A DNA stretch of 64,000 bases from Zygnema circumcarinatum SAG 698-1b. Taxonomy: Eukaryota > Plantae > Zygnematophyceae. This document shows positions 13,001 to 25,575 of this stretch, one piece after another (positions within the stretch are counted from its first letter, which is position 1; each line of letters begins with the position of its first letter). Under the pieces are notes generated by a model. The model was not told the DNA's origin, searched no databases, and saw only the letters and a program-made list of their open reading frames with translations. A program made the position numbers and the translations under genes. The DNA lies in NCBI GenBank assembly GCA_037447605.1, contig CM074811.1:1178001-1242000 (forward strand). Reading direction: 5' to 3'.

Positions 13001-16000
13001 TTGACGAGCAACTGAAGCGAGAGAGGGAAGAGAGGTACGAGAAAGCGAAGAGAGCTATGGAAATGAACCTCAGGTATCAGATTGCAGCAGAGAGGGAGAA
13101 GAAATTAAGCAAATCGTTGGGTGTGGAGGAAGGAAATGCACAGGTGGAGGAAGGAATCGAAGAGGTCCTTATGCAGGCTAAAACAAGGCTGACAGATGAA
13201 TTGATGAGAGAAGTGGAGGCTGAGATTGCTGAGTATAGGGAGAAACTTTCACTGAGGGCAGAAACTGAGGATAGGTGGCGGCGGATGAGTGAAGAGATGG
13301 CTCAGGAGAGGAGCAAAATGGCTGAAGGAGTTTTGAAGGAAGACTTCTCACATATGGAAGTTGAGCAAAGATTGCAAGCGGAAGCAATTCAGAGAGAGCT
13401 TTCTGCCGGGTTAGAGGAGTTCAGGGCTCACGTAAAGAGTAAGTTCGATTCTGATTGTGTAGACATCAAAAAGAATGCAGAGAGAGATCTGGAGAGAGTC
13501 AAGGATGACATGGAAGGGAAAGTGGAACAAAAGGTTGCAAGATTGAAGGCAGAGACGAGACAGGTATTTGACCGGGCACGCAGAGAGATGGATGAAGCAC
13601 TCTTAAAGCAGATGGAAGAGGAAAGGGCAAGCAGATTGGCTCGATTAGCGGAAGAACTGGACAGGGAGGAAATGGAAATCAGGAGGCAGTGGGAGGAAGC
13701 CATGGTGAGAGAGGAAGGTCTGGTGAAAGCAGCATTAGAACTCAAGGAGACGAGGGAATGGAAGGGGGAAAAGACTTGGCAAGGCAAACCCAATGGGGAA
13801 GAAGAAGGGCCTTTGGGAGGGCTTAGTCTCAGTGGAGATGGAAAAAGAGGAGCACAAAGCCATGGCCGAAAGCAGCAAGAGCTGCCGACATTGCCGGAAT
13901 GGGAGGAGAATACAAGAGATGATGTGAGTAGACTTTCTGGTGAGGAGGGAGGAGAGCCGAACAGCTCAGAACGTGGGCATGTGCAGAAAGGGATAAGCAG
14001 TTCTGGACTAGAAGGACTTATATCTGGAAAGGCAGCTCCTTTTGGTTCAGGATTACAAAATAGAGAGGAGATGGGCTCAAACAGAAAGTCAGAAAATGTG
14101 CAAGCGGACACAGGGCTTCGTTCATATGAGAATGCTGCTGGGCAGGAGATACAAAGACAGGAGAATGCGCACATGGAGCTGACAAGAGTGAATGATCTTG
14201 ACAATTTGGGTCAATCAGAAAGGAATGTGAATCATGCACTTGCTTTGTCAGGGCCATCTCAAGGAGGTGTGGAAGGCAATGGGAGAGAATTTGGTGAGAA
14301 TGTTGTGGGTTTTGAGGAGAGGAGTGGGTGGGGAAAGGGAGGCAACTCTGCTGGAGAGAATGCGGATGAGCTTAGGACATCTCCAAATGCCGCAGCCAAC
14401 AAATCGGAACCTTCCTCCAACAGAAGGAAAAGCATAGATGGAGAAAAAGCCCCAATCTCGAAATGGAATGAAGGTGGTTGGAGCACTCGCAGTAGCCATA
14501 GAAGAAGCCGACATCGAAGGCGGGCTGCAGATGAGAGTGAGGATTATTATTCAGCATGGACAGATACAACAGCAGCAGAAATGTCTCCGGTAAGTCTCAA
14601 TGGCTCTGAGAGGTGTAGAAGGGTTTTAGGGGAGTCAAGGAAGTTGTTCAGGAAATCTCCACTCGCATGGGTCGTCCTTGAAATTCGTTACAGGAGCCAT
14701 TTTGTGTGGTTTGGCAGGGTTTTGAACAAATCCGTTTAGTTGAGCAAGTGGAGAAGGAGGGCTTGTTCTTTAACAGTGCTTTCGCTTTTGGAAAAATTTT
14801 GGTCCGTGTCAGTCTGTAAAGTTTGCGATCCCCCAAAATGTATTAGGAAAAACTCTCCTGTCTGTCGGCAAAGGACTGCAAAGTTGCCGATTATGGGCAA
14901 AATGATGGAGAGCACAAATGAATGGATGGATGGGATGTTTGTACTTGTTTGCAATCTGATTCCTATTTCCTTTTTTTTGTGTTATTTGCATGGTGGGTCT
15001 CAGTTTTATGGCCACCTTGAAGCCCGACGAAGGTCGGTTGGTCGAAGAGTCGATGTGAACGAGAATGGCATCCAATCAGAGCCTCCTCAAGAGTATGTGA
15101 TTCCTTCATTTGAACATGAACCTGTTCCATGCACCCCTTCACCTTGCAATGTCGGAACGGAGATGACTTTCTATGTCTTGCTGCTGGATAGCTAAAGTGT
15201 TTTTGAAAACAGTGCGGTTGCAGCCATCGCTTGAAATGATCGGTTTTGGTTGTTCAGATACCTTGAGACTAGCAGTCTGATCATGTTGATTGTGTTTCCA
15301 AACTTTAATATTAATTTTGTGTTCGTAACTGCCTGTTTGAAGTCCATGATTGGTTGAGCACAGCTTTAGAAGGGTCGTTGCAGTGTTCTTAACCTGCAAC
15401 AGAAACAAAGGGTCTTTCAATATCAAGCCATTTTGCTATGTCAGTCAAACTCAATCTTTTGGTGATGTGAAGGTTTTGTTGTAATGTCCATCCTTTTGCT
15501 TTCATGCAAACCATTCACAGTCGATTTGCTTGTCAAGCCTGCAAGTTCTTCTTTGTAGTAACCACCTTCTTTGATAAGGTATTAACATGTTTTTTCTCTC
15601 TGCAGACTGTCCATTTCCGAGCGTGCAAAGCTCTTTGTGGCTGAACAAGAGCGCTTTCTTCAAGAACGTCAAATTGTGATTGAGCAAGCGCGAGCTGATT
15701 GGCGGAGACGCATGCATGCTTTGGACCAAGTAAGCATCGCCTTACCCTTAATGTGCTTTCAAACTGCACTACACTTATGTGCTTCACGAGGGGGCCCACA
15801 GTTGCAGCATGATGGGTTTGACGTCTCTCCTTCCTGAGGTGCTGCTCACGTATGCATACGATGCATACGATGCATATGCATGCATCATATCGTATGCATG
15901 TATACCAATCAGTGAAGTCATAGGTCTTCAATTGGTTCCTACTACAAATTTTCTGAGAGGCTGGGGACTGCCCTGTTGCTGGGGAAATTTCCAGTTGTCG

Positions 16001-17554
16001 GATGAGGAGGAGAGGCGGAGAAGTGGCAGCTACCTCATGGAAGTGAAGGCTACTTTGGACGAGCATGTACAGCAGTTGGAGGAGGATATCCGTCACGTAT
16101 GCATACTACGCTTCTCTCTGCCTGCACAATCGACCCCCTCTAAGCTTGATAGAGGCAGAAACAGTTCCCTGCGAACCAGTATTGAACGTACGGACACAGA
16201 TCTGTCCAACACGCTGCATCGCATGGATATGGACCTTTCTCGGAGTATAGGAAGATTAGAGAGGGAGCTTTCTCCAGCCGACAGAAGAATGGATTCAGAT
16301 CAATCTCGTGCTCTTTCAAGAATGGATAGCGACCAATTTCGAACTGCACTTGGTGCTGAGTCTCTTGATCTCTCTCCTCCCCATTATTGGGAGAAGCAAG
16401 GCAAGGGTGGTCGAGCTTCTGCTTTGGTATCTCAGCCTGGAAGCCCATCTTCAGCAGCGGATTTGAGTATTGCTTTTGCTGAAAGACGATTGAGTCGAGA
16501 AGCATATGGGAACGGAGAGAGACGTGTGAACAGCAGAAGGAGGAGCATGGGAGAGGACGGGTCATGGCTTGACGAAGTGTATAGGACGCGTATTGGAAAT
16601 GGCTCCTTGGAAAGCTTCCGAGGAAATGGGTTCGGGAGTAGAGGCAAGGGCCACTTGAGAGAGAGAGCAGGATGGATGGAGGGGAGGTACACAGATGATG
16701 AGTCTCTGTTGGGAAGGAGACGTTTGAGGGGTCCTGTCAGGAAGGGCAACATGGAGGCACTTTTCAACCCACTGGGAGCTACCATGGAGTCGCCATCGGA
16801 CAGGTCAGGAGGGGCACTTTTGCGGCCACTTCAGCAGATGTGAGTCTCTTTTTAAGTTCAGGGGACTGACGTTGCTTCTATGTATTACCTGTCCACAGTA
16901 TGGCTATTCCAAAGGCCCGAAAAATTATGTGTCCCACTCCCACGCCTTTACATGGATGCTAAGTAATGCTTTTTCTGTGTCAGGCCTCTTAGACGGACAG
17001 TCCACCAACAGCGAGAGCTCCTGGGTTACCTCAATGAAACGGATGAGCGGAAGCTAACAACAGAAATGGTGAAGCAACATTCCAACTGGCTCACTCGCTT
17101 CCAAGAAGACATGGCAAGTTCTGGCCTACCTCTCCCATACAGACCCTCTGCTTCAAGCACTACCTCTAGCGCAAGCCCTCTCAGGTGAGCTTGCTGGGCT
17201 TGACCTGAACGTTTCAGGAAGTTGTACAAGGTAGCTTCTGAGCCGAATGTGTTTTGAGGAGGTTTTGCTCTGATTCAGAACGTTCACCTCCTCCTCCCCC
17301 TCCCCCTTCCCCCCCTTTCTCTCTCTCCCTCTCTCTCCCCCTCCCTCTTCCCATCATCCACTTGCACGGGGCAAGTCTCTAGAAGCTTCTATGTGGAAAT
17401 AGCTGTGACATGAAATTTTGATCAAAGAAGCGCGGGCTGCAGACTGTCCGTAGAGGAGTTCCGCAACTTGCGGTCGAGCCATAGTGTAGTCCCCAAGCTG
17501 CGCGTCGACATTGACAACGAGAGGGAGCTCGTCATCAACATTCGCCCCAAGTGA
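3578..17554 (+). CDS. CEP164: CEP164-like WW-domain centriolar distal-appendage/coiled-coil protein (multi-exon)
   Basis: Spliced N-terminus from exons 3578-3641, 4217-4328, 4614-4697 and 4906-5128 reads MAESSVVLEEEIDENYEPTQEDILEYAQWLGM...[48 protein letters not shown], which matches the CEP164 N-terminal/WW signature. Further in-frame GT-AG exons at about 5653, 6016-6351, 7159, 7981, 8868, 9531, 10109, 10862, 11266-14589, 15606, 15996, 16985 and 17443-17554. Some internal boundaries are approximate. Confidence 0.88.
6852..7156. repeat. Imperfect (TCT)n trinucleotide tract, intronic
   Basis: About 300 bp of TCT/TTC with TCG/CCT/TTT/ACT interruptions. It ends directly at the acceptor ttctag|AACCAGAAG of a CEP164-like exon. 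Confidence 0.95.
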
Positions 17555-19544
17555 AGTGAAGTGAAGTGAAGTGAAAGGAGTGACTCCGAGAAGCCCGCCT
17601 CGTCCACCTCATCACTCCACCCTTGCACAGCGAAGATGCGTACTTTCCCGTCTCCAGCCCCCAGCCCAATTCCTGACTCGGAACGCCTATCCAATTTGCG
17701 TCACATTCTTCAAGGTATGGCAGAGAGAGGGAGAGAGAGAGAGAGAGGGAGAGCGTGAGAAAAAGAGAGGAGCTAGGAAGGCGTGAGAGCGAGATACCTG
17801 TGAAAAGGATGTACACGGAGGTGTACTATTGAGTGCCTCTCTCTGCTGCAGTTTACATCGGATTTAAATTCAATATTTCGAGTCCTTCTATTTTTGGTTA
17901 GCAATAGCCTCTTTCTTGGCATCAGGTTTTCGGTTTTAAGGCTCGTGAGCCCCCTTTACTTCCTTAGCCTGCGAGAGGCAAGCTGTGTATCAGCCGTGTA
18001 TAGGTCGTCCTTCGAGGTTTTTAGGCCCACGATTATCTCCACGTAGAGGTGATTAGCGGAAAAATAATAAGTCCTTTTTTCTTTTAGGGTTATAACTAAC
18101 GCTGAGTCTATGGTTGTAGGAGACTCAGGGAGATCAGGGAGATCAGGGAGGAGTTGTCGCTTCTGGGTGGAGTAAAACAGAGCAACGCTTGATATCTGAA
18201 ATTTCTAATTATCTTAATAAATAATTATTTTCTTTTGTTTTCTCCCACCCTCTCCTCTTCCCCTTCTCCCCTCTCCCCTATCCCCCTCTCCCCTCTCTCC
18301 CTCTCCCCTTCTTCCCCGCTCCGCTTCCCAATCCATCTCCCCCTCTACCCCCTTGCCCCCCTCCCCCTCGCCTCCGGCCTCCCCTCTTCTCGGCCCTTCT
18401 CCCCTCCCCCTTCCCTCCTCTGTCACACACATCGCAGTGAGTGTCAACAAGTATATGTATGGCATATGAGATATATTTTAGAAACTGGGGGAGGTGGCAT
18501 TGATCTCACGATGGCGAGGCCATCAAATGTACATGGACGAAGTCAGCATGGGGAACCACTCACTCTCTCTTTGGGGCCTCACTTAAGGAATGGGGCTCAC
18601 TTAAGGCAAGTTCTTATGCAACAACTGGCAAAAGAGACTAGTTTCAATTGAACTCAAAGTTGGCGCCTCAACAAGTAGAGTGCTCTCTCCCTCCCACTCT
18701 CCTTCTCCCTCTTATCTCCTGCCCCCTCTCCTTCCTCTGCTACACAGCACAGCCCAACCAATCACTGTCTGAAAAAAGCGGAAAAGGCATGTCTGTGCTC
18801 ACGACTCTCTTCTACGTCTTGGATGGTTCTATGTGCTTAATGTTCTAGCGCTTGCTACGGAACTAGGGACAGTAAGGGCCCTTCGGGTTGGGAGAAGAGG
18901 CAGAAACAGGGGGGATGGAGGCTCCTAGTTACGTCAAACTGTCATGGAATTATCATAACATCTCAACTCTAACTGCAGCATAGAGCGGCCAGTTCAATTC
19001 ACATACAATCAACATGGAATGCTGTCTAACTACGTTGGGAGTGAGAGCCAGTGCGGATAACAACGGTAAATGGCAAGTGAGAGGCGATTAAGAAACAATG
19101 AACTCTTCTTGTGGGTCTGCCAGCTCATCCCTGAGCCAGCTCAGTCCTGCAGAACCTCCACACAAGTGTTATCCGATCAGAAGGTCCCTTCCACTTGCAA
19201 ATCGCAACATTTGAAGGACCGGGATGAGCCAAGGAAGGCCTTTGCATAGACTCAACCAAGGAAGGCCTTTGCATAGACTCAACCAAGGAACTCAAACCAA
19301 GCAGAGCAGGCAAGCAGAGCTCTTCTCATGACCTGCTTTTGAGCCACTTCTGGAGCGCAACAAAAAAATGTAAACGACACGATTACCTGCACTGAGAAAC
19401 TCCTGGTTTGTGCCCTAATACTAAAAAGTGGTGCAGCTCAAAATCAAAGTGGAGTCCTGATCAGCATCAAGGGTGCGCCCTACATCTGAGGGGGAGTGAT
19501 GTATGCCGACCGTATCGCGATCGAGGTCAGAAGACAGCTCGGCT

Positions 19545-22500
19545 CTACTTGTGCAACACGTGGCGCTGCCGCTTCTTCTCCTCCCTCCAGCCCTGCCCCA
19601 CTCCCACCCACCCTCTCTCAAACATCAGATGCAGTCAACAACAACTCCTATCCCTTCCCACCCCCCAAAGCGGGCCCCTTCGCGTGACATTTCTTTACAA
19701 ATTTGAAGCTTGCTTCAGATTTACCAGATTACTATGTGCACTATACCATCACTGAGGAAGTAAGTAGGACCACGTTTTCATTCAAAAAGTCAAACCTCAT
19801 TCCATACCTTCTTCCGTTTGTCTGCCTCCTGGTCAACTCTCTCCTTCCATGTACTTTTTCGCAGCTTGATAGGTCGGTTTCCCACATATTTTCCTGCAAA
19901 CCCTCGTTTTGGTTAGTCTCAGCACTTCAGCCTGCAGCGCCTCATATTTTCTTCCTTTCCACATTCGTCAACTCCAGTCAATCACTTTTCTTGAGCTGGT
20001 TTCGCGATCACTTCAAGCAGGAGAACCGACACATGGGTTTACTTTGCTGCAAAAACAAACTTCTTCATACTATTCCAGAAGGGAAGCTCCTGGGCAGCTT
20101 CTGCTCTCAATTTGATCAGATTGTGATTGTGAAGGCTCGTACTTACCAAAAGAAATCTGCACCTTCTGTTCATTCCTTATACAATTTGCCTGATATTCAT
20201 TTCTCCTTCTTCTTGTTGCTGTCTATGGCTTGAGAACCTTGAAAGCCTCAGTGTACCCAATAAGACCTTATCGCCATAGAGCATTGATTTATGGAGATTA
20301 GTAAATTGTCACCACTTGCATTACAATGGCTAAGTTCCCAACTCACCATTCATCTCTTTGAGTGCTGAAGCCAAATCCAGTGGGTCCCCAAAGCTCACAA
20401 AGCCATAACCTTTGGTTTTGCCCGTCCTTTTGTCCCTCACTACCTGCCATCAACAAGCCACAATTAGCAACACTACGCTCACAACTATGACTTAGCCTTA
20501 TGAAGCCGCTTTATTCAAAAGTGCAGGTCCTCGTCTGTCTTAGACATTACAGGCTTACACTCCCAGGAGAGCTACACACTGTCCTAGACCGGATTATGGT
20601 TTTGAAGCTACAGAGCAGGATATAATTCTGGCAGAAACACATACTCTCGCCATGTTGAAGCTCGGAAAGCGCGCAAATGCCTTTGTCAGAACTTCATCGT
20701 TTACTTCATTTCCCAAATCTCCGCAAAAAAGTCGGTGATCATCTGCCAGAAAGCAAGCACAGATGCCACAAACGAGATTTCAGTATAGCCAAACAATTAT
20801 AGCACATGGCCCCCTCGTCATCTGACAAGCCAATCTTTTATCGTGTCCTTACTCTCAGGGAAATCAGCCAGAGTCGGGTCCTCCCATATCTGTCCCGCCG
20901 CGAGTCGAGGTACGGCCCTCTTTTTCTGCTCCGCCTTCGCTGCTCCATCTCCGCTTGCAAGGGCCGCTTTCACACTCTCCAATGCTTCTGGAGTGATGGT
21001 TGCAGCATCCTTTTGAAAGAGTTGCTCTGCCTGTCAATTGCGCAACCCTCCCATAGTCAAACCTTTAGAAATCCTTTCTCCCTAATTTTCTAAAAGGAAG
21101 GAAAAACCGAGATGGCACTAAAGCCCTTAATATATTATGGTGGCATACATACTACGACTTGCCCAGGCTTTACCCATTCAATAAACTTCTTGATTGTAGT
21201 CCATGTCCACTAGGAAGTCGAACCCTAATCCCCTTCATTCTCAACTTACCTCCGTAGCTACTGCACCAGCCCCACCTATGATCATAGGAGCTGCAGAAAT
21301 ATTTGGCTTCATGGGAAGCCCAGGGGGGAGGTCTCATCTGTCCGAAAGCAAATCGCCCTATCCCTTCCATTTGACACAGAGCTGCCCATCTTCTATGCCG
21401 GTCCCAAGCCTCTAAAGCATACCCTAAACCGCTCACACCCATTCAGTTGTACTTACCAGTTGCTGCCGACCATATGAGTATGGCATCGCTGGTGTTGAAT
21501 ATTGCGCAGAATACTGCTCTTGCTGCTGCTGCTGCTGCTGTTGCTGTTGTTGCTGTTGCTGCTGCTGCTCCGCCGCCATGTAGTACGACTGCTCCGCGCT
21601 TGATGACTGCTGCTGTGGATGCTGCATGCCGTAAGTTCCCGGATAATACGAGTGGTTTGCAGAGCGAGGGGCTCCGGAAGTTGAAGGTCGAGAGGGAAGA
21701 GACTGAAATCCTTGAGAAAATGAGAACTGTTGAGTTGATGGCTGAGAAGCGTTACTTGCTGAGGGGTACCCACTGCCTGTCGAAACCTGCAGAGCATAAC
21801 TAAGCAGCTTGTTTGAGCTGCGTTGGTAGGTGGCCCAAATGCACTGGAAACGAGGAGAATAAAGCTTGTGGTGTGTGGTCATTTTTGAAGAAGATGCACC
21901 GCTTGGAGTTGCGCATGAAAGGGTTTAGTTGTCCTTACAAAATGTCCAGGAGAAGACGCTGTAGTGGCTGGAGTTAGAGTTGCGGAAAGCGCAGAAACGT
22001 TCCCACTTGAATGCATGGGTGGCAAAGGCGGCAGAGGCGGCTGGCCAGCTAGAGCAGGCGAAGCACCTGGTTGCCGGGGGGGAAGAGGAGGGCGGCCCTG
22101 CACAATGGACGATTCTCTCTTCAAACGGGGCTCACTCCCGCGACTAAATTTAAGGAAACTCAAAAAACTGCAGGCTCACGCCTTCACCCTTAAAGAGAAG
22201 ACGTCTATCACCAAGGATCAGCAACAACAACATAATTGCATCCCTAGCCAATCGAACAAAACCATCAGCAGTTTATGAACTATTAACGAGGCACAGTCCG
22301 TTGGCTATCGCCTAAGGATAGCCGATAGCAAATTTCTGCAGAGTGAAATTTGGATGTCACATTTCTGAACTGTTGAAATATTAAATACGGGAAAGGCTCG
22401 GTGCGCTGGCAAGCTGATGTGTCATTGAGATGAGCTCACACTTCCAAGGTACTCTAAGATACTCAAGATAGGGCAAGGAGCTTTTCAGCCTTTACATGGA

Positions 22501-23296
22501 AAACATGAATGGCTTGAGCGTTTGCAAGCTTTTGCAACCCTGAAACCCAGAGAAGGATTCTAACTTGCAGTCGCGATACAACTGACACTCAAGTTCCCAA
22601 CATCTAGGCAGTTTCAACCTCTTCGCACAAAACAGCCCTGATTTCAGACTCTAGTCTCAAACCTATCCTGTTGGACAATGTGCAGCAAAGTGAAACCTAA
22701 TTCTCGTTCTCTAGATTTGGCCTGAAAGCCATCGCATTGAGCCGACCTGATTTAATCAAACTGTGTTCAGCTGTCAATACAGAGCCAGAAGTAGGTTCCT
22801 TACTTCCATTCCTTGAGGTCTATCTCCCCAAAACGAGCGCAGGAAGAAATGAATGGCAACCAATCTGCGATATCATTTCTTATTCTTCAGCCGCTTTACA
22901 AGCAACGGTGCTTGGAAAAAAATGATTTGCTCAACAGAACTGCCAAAGTAGCAATAGCAGTAGAAGGTGGAGGAAGTGGGAGACGAGAAGGGCGACGGGC
23001 AGAAAAGTGCTTACATATGGGAGAGATGCAGAAGATGGATGAGGAGGGAGAGGAGGCGGAGAGGGAGAAGGCCGGAGAAGTAGTCCCAACGGAACAGCTG
23101 TCGAGGCACCACTTTCTTGCGGAGCAGGAAGAGGCGGGGGATTCATGGCGGATCTTGGAGGCGGAGGAGGAGGAGGGGGAGGTAGAGGCACTTGCGCTAC
23201 GAGGTGTGCGGGAGGCGCGAGTGAAGAAGGAGGCTCTGAACCCAAAGCCTTCATCTCCGCTTCGAAGCGCTCCAGCTCGCTCAGAAGGTTGGCCAT
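19545..23296 (-). CDS. RBM42: RBM42-like RRM RNA-binding protein (multi-exon)
   Basis: Pro/Gln-rich N-terminus (MANLLSELERFEAEMK...). Spliced core AEQLFQKDAATITPEALESVKAALAS...PRLAAGQIWEDPTLADFPENDHRLFCGDLGNEVNDEVLTKAFARFPSFNMARVVRDKRTGKTKGYGFVSFGDPLDLASALKEMNGKYVGNRPIKLRKSTWKER. Last exon 19545-19592 ends VLHK*. Confidence 0.92.
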
Positions 23297-23567
23297 GGCA
23301 GCGCCGGGATCAGACTGCTATATGGAGAGAGCGCCCCGTGTCTCGCAGAGAGAGAGAGGGAGAGAGGGAGAGAGAGAAAGAGAGAGGGAAGAGGGAGCGA
23401 GGGAGACATATTAGGGTTGGCGAGGACACGAGTGGGCGCTAGAGCATAGGAAGACTGTAGGAACACACTAGGATCCACGTGGACGAATACGAGTTCGTCA
23501 CGTATCGCCACGTGGACATACTCTCCGTGCGGCCGTCTGGTTGTACGGTACAGTACTAGAATATAAA

Positions 23568-25300
23568 GGAAAATTCTATTCGGGGGCGACTATTTACAGT
23601 GTACGGATTCTGAATGTAGTGTACGATTTCGCCGGGCAGCAAAAAAATCAATTTTTTGGTTGCCCGGCGCTGTTTCATACTTTTTAGAATACATACAGAC
23701 CTTTTTCGTCGGATGTACGGATAGTGATTTGAAATGTACGAAGCGCGCGCGTCTACAAGGTATAAGGGCGCAACACGTGGAGCAACATGATTGGTCGCGG
23801 CAACATATGACGTGGCAAGTATGTTTGGGACCGTGACGTGACGAAACGAGACGCGACAAAAGTGGAGTCCGCGGACGGCTGTCGGAAATGGCCGGAATTA
23901 AAACTGACAGAAAAAGATAGGGCACATAACGTAGCGTGTTTCAGGAAAAATCTGTCAGTTTTTATTCCCGCCATTTCCGACAGCCGTCCGCGGACTCCAC
24001 TTTTGTCGCGTCTCGTTTCGTCACGTCACGGTCCCAAACATACTTGCCACGTCATATGTTGCCGCGACCAATCATGTTGCTCCACGTGTTGCGCCCTTAT
24101 ACCTTGTAGACGCGCGCGCTTCGTACATTTCAAATCACTATCCGTACATCCGACGAAAAAGGTCTGTATGTATTCTAAAAAGTATGAAACAGCGCCGGGC
24201 AACCAAAAAATTGATTTTTTTGCTGCCCGGCGAAATCGTACACTACATTCAGAATCCGTACACTGTAAATAGTCGCCCCCTTCTATTCTCACACCTTTTT
24301 TGTCTACACACAGGCCTCTTTTCGCCGGGCAGATTTTAAAATAGCACAAAAAAGAACACACCTTTCACACCTTCTCACCTTTTTTTTTTCACCTTTTTTT
24401 TCCCACCTTTTTGAAATCGATACACGCTACTAGTCCTGAGCGGCCGAGCTCCGTGAGTCCTTTTTCTGTCGGGCAGATTTTACTCCTTATCATTTATTTT
24501 CAGAGAAAAAAATATCTGCCTGCCCGAATCCGCTCGGAGCGGAAGATCCGTCCGCCACGATATCGTTCGCGGGTGGCCGTCCTTCACACGTGCAATAATT
24601 TTCCGCCGTCGATATTCACGCAGATCGCACCATGGCAGATCACCGTTCGATCAGCAGCCGGGCTCTGTCCCACGTGTCCCACCCAAGCCGGCTCCAAGGA
24701 CCGTACAAAAGGCGTACGCCCGCAGCTTCGAGGAAAGTCAAAAAACGTAATAATTAAAGTTGAGTGCCTGTACCAATCACAGTTTGCCACGTCTAAAAAG
24801 AGCACGCGGCAGATGGTGATTGGTTCAAGCTCGCAATGTAAGGAATTTAGACTTTCCTCGAAGCTGCGACCGTACGAGTTGTGTACGGTCCTCGAGCCTG
24901 CTCGGGTGGGACACGTGGGCGTGTGCCATTCGCCGGAAGCGAGCCCGGCTGCCGATCGAACGGTGATCTGCCGTGGGGTGATCTGCCGTGGTGTGATCTG
25001 CTCTAGAATCGACGGTGTATAGTTTCTGCACGTGTGAAGGACGGCCACCCGCGAACGATCTCGTGGCGGACGGATCTTCTGCTCCGAGTGGATTCGGGCA
25101 GGCCGATGAAAAAAACAAGAAGGGGTAAAATCTGCCCGATGGAGAAAGGTGTGTATCGATTTCAAAAAGGTGGGAAAAAAAAGGTGAAAAAAAAAGGTGA
25201 GAAGGTGTGAAAGGTGTGTTCTTTTTTGTGCTATTTTAAAATCTGCGCGGCGAAAAGAGGCCTGTGTGTAGACAAAAATGGTGTGAGAATAGAATTTTCC
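23568..25300. mobile_element. Long-TIR fold-back element (outer, about 1.03 kb without its insert), related to element A
   Basis: Termini GGAAAATTCTATTC(TCACACC) ... GGTGTGAGAATAGAATTTTCC. 8-bp TSD AATATAAA (23560-23567, 25301-25308). Inverted arms run almost to the centre (about 24741/24850). Segment 24510-24590 is nearly identical to 1660-1740 of element A. Confidence 0.9.
23582..24280. mobile_element. 699-bp palindromic MITE nested in the left TIR of the outer element
   Basis: Arms 23582-23911 and 23951-24280 (330 bp, mismatches seen only near the loop) with a 39-bp loop. Termini GGGGGCGACTA/TAGTCGCCCCC. 8-bp TSD TTCTATTC (23574-23581, 24281-24288). The ORF track shows identical peptides on both strands. 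Confidence 0.95.
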
Positions 25301-25475
25301 AATATAAAACGACAAAACCCCCCAGCCCGGACCAAAGCCGGCCCAATGTACGGTCTGCCGGTTTGGAGAGCGCCGGATCCCCAACCGTCGCCGGCCGTCT
25401 GGAACCAGGTGGCGACGTTTGACTTGTCCACGTGGCTCCTAACTATGCCAATATGTACAGTACTATGAACTACGT

Positions 25476-25575
25476 ACTGACTGACTGGCTGACTTATTGA
25501 CTGACTGACTGTTTGACTGACTGACTGACTGACTGATTGACTGGTTGACTGGCTGACTGACTGGCTAATTGACTG
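25476..25575. repeat. Imperfect (GACT)n tetranucleotide repeat, followed by 3x GCCACGGAC (about 25606-25632)
   Basis: Direct reading: actgactgactggctgac... for about 100 bp. Confidence 0.9.

Noticed and set aside
15850-15900. Small ATGCATACGAT hairpin/repeat
   Set aside because: Short, low-complexity and intronic. Too small to support a miRNA or MITE call.
17636-17716. Short ATG-initiated frame (MRTFPSPAP...) ending at a GT donor after CEP164
   Set aside because: No downstream coding exons could be joined. More likely 3' UTR.
19226-19290. 27-bp tandem duplication CCAAGGAAGGCCTTTGCATAGACTCAA
   Set aside because: About 2.3 copies in the probable RBM42 3' region. An ordinary local slippage with no spacers.
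23590-24272. Identical 100-aa peptides on both strands
   Set aside because: A consequence of the palindrome. No transposase or other recognisable motif.
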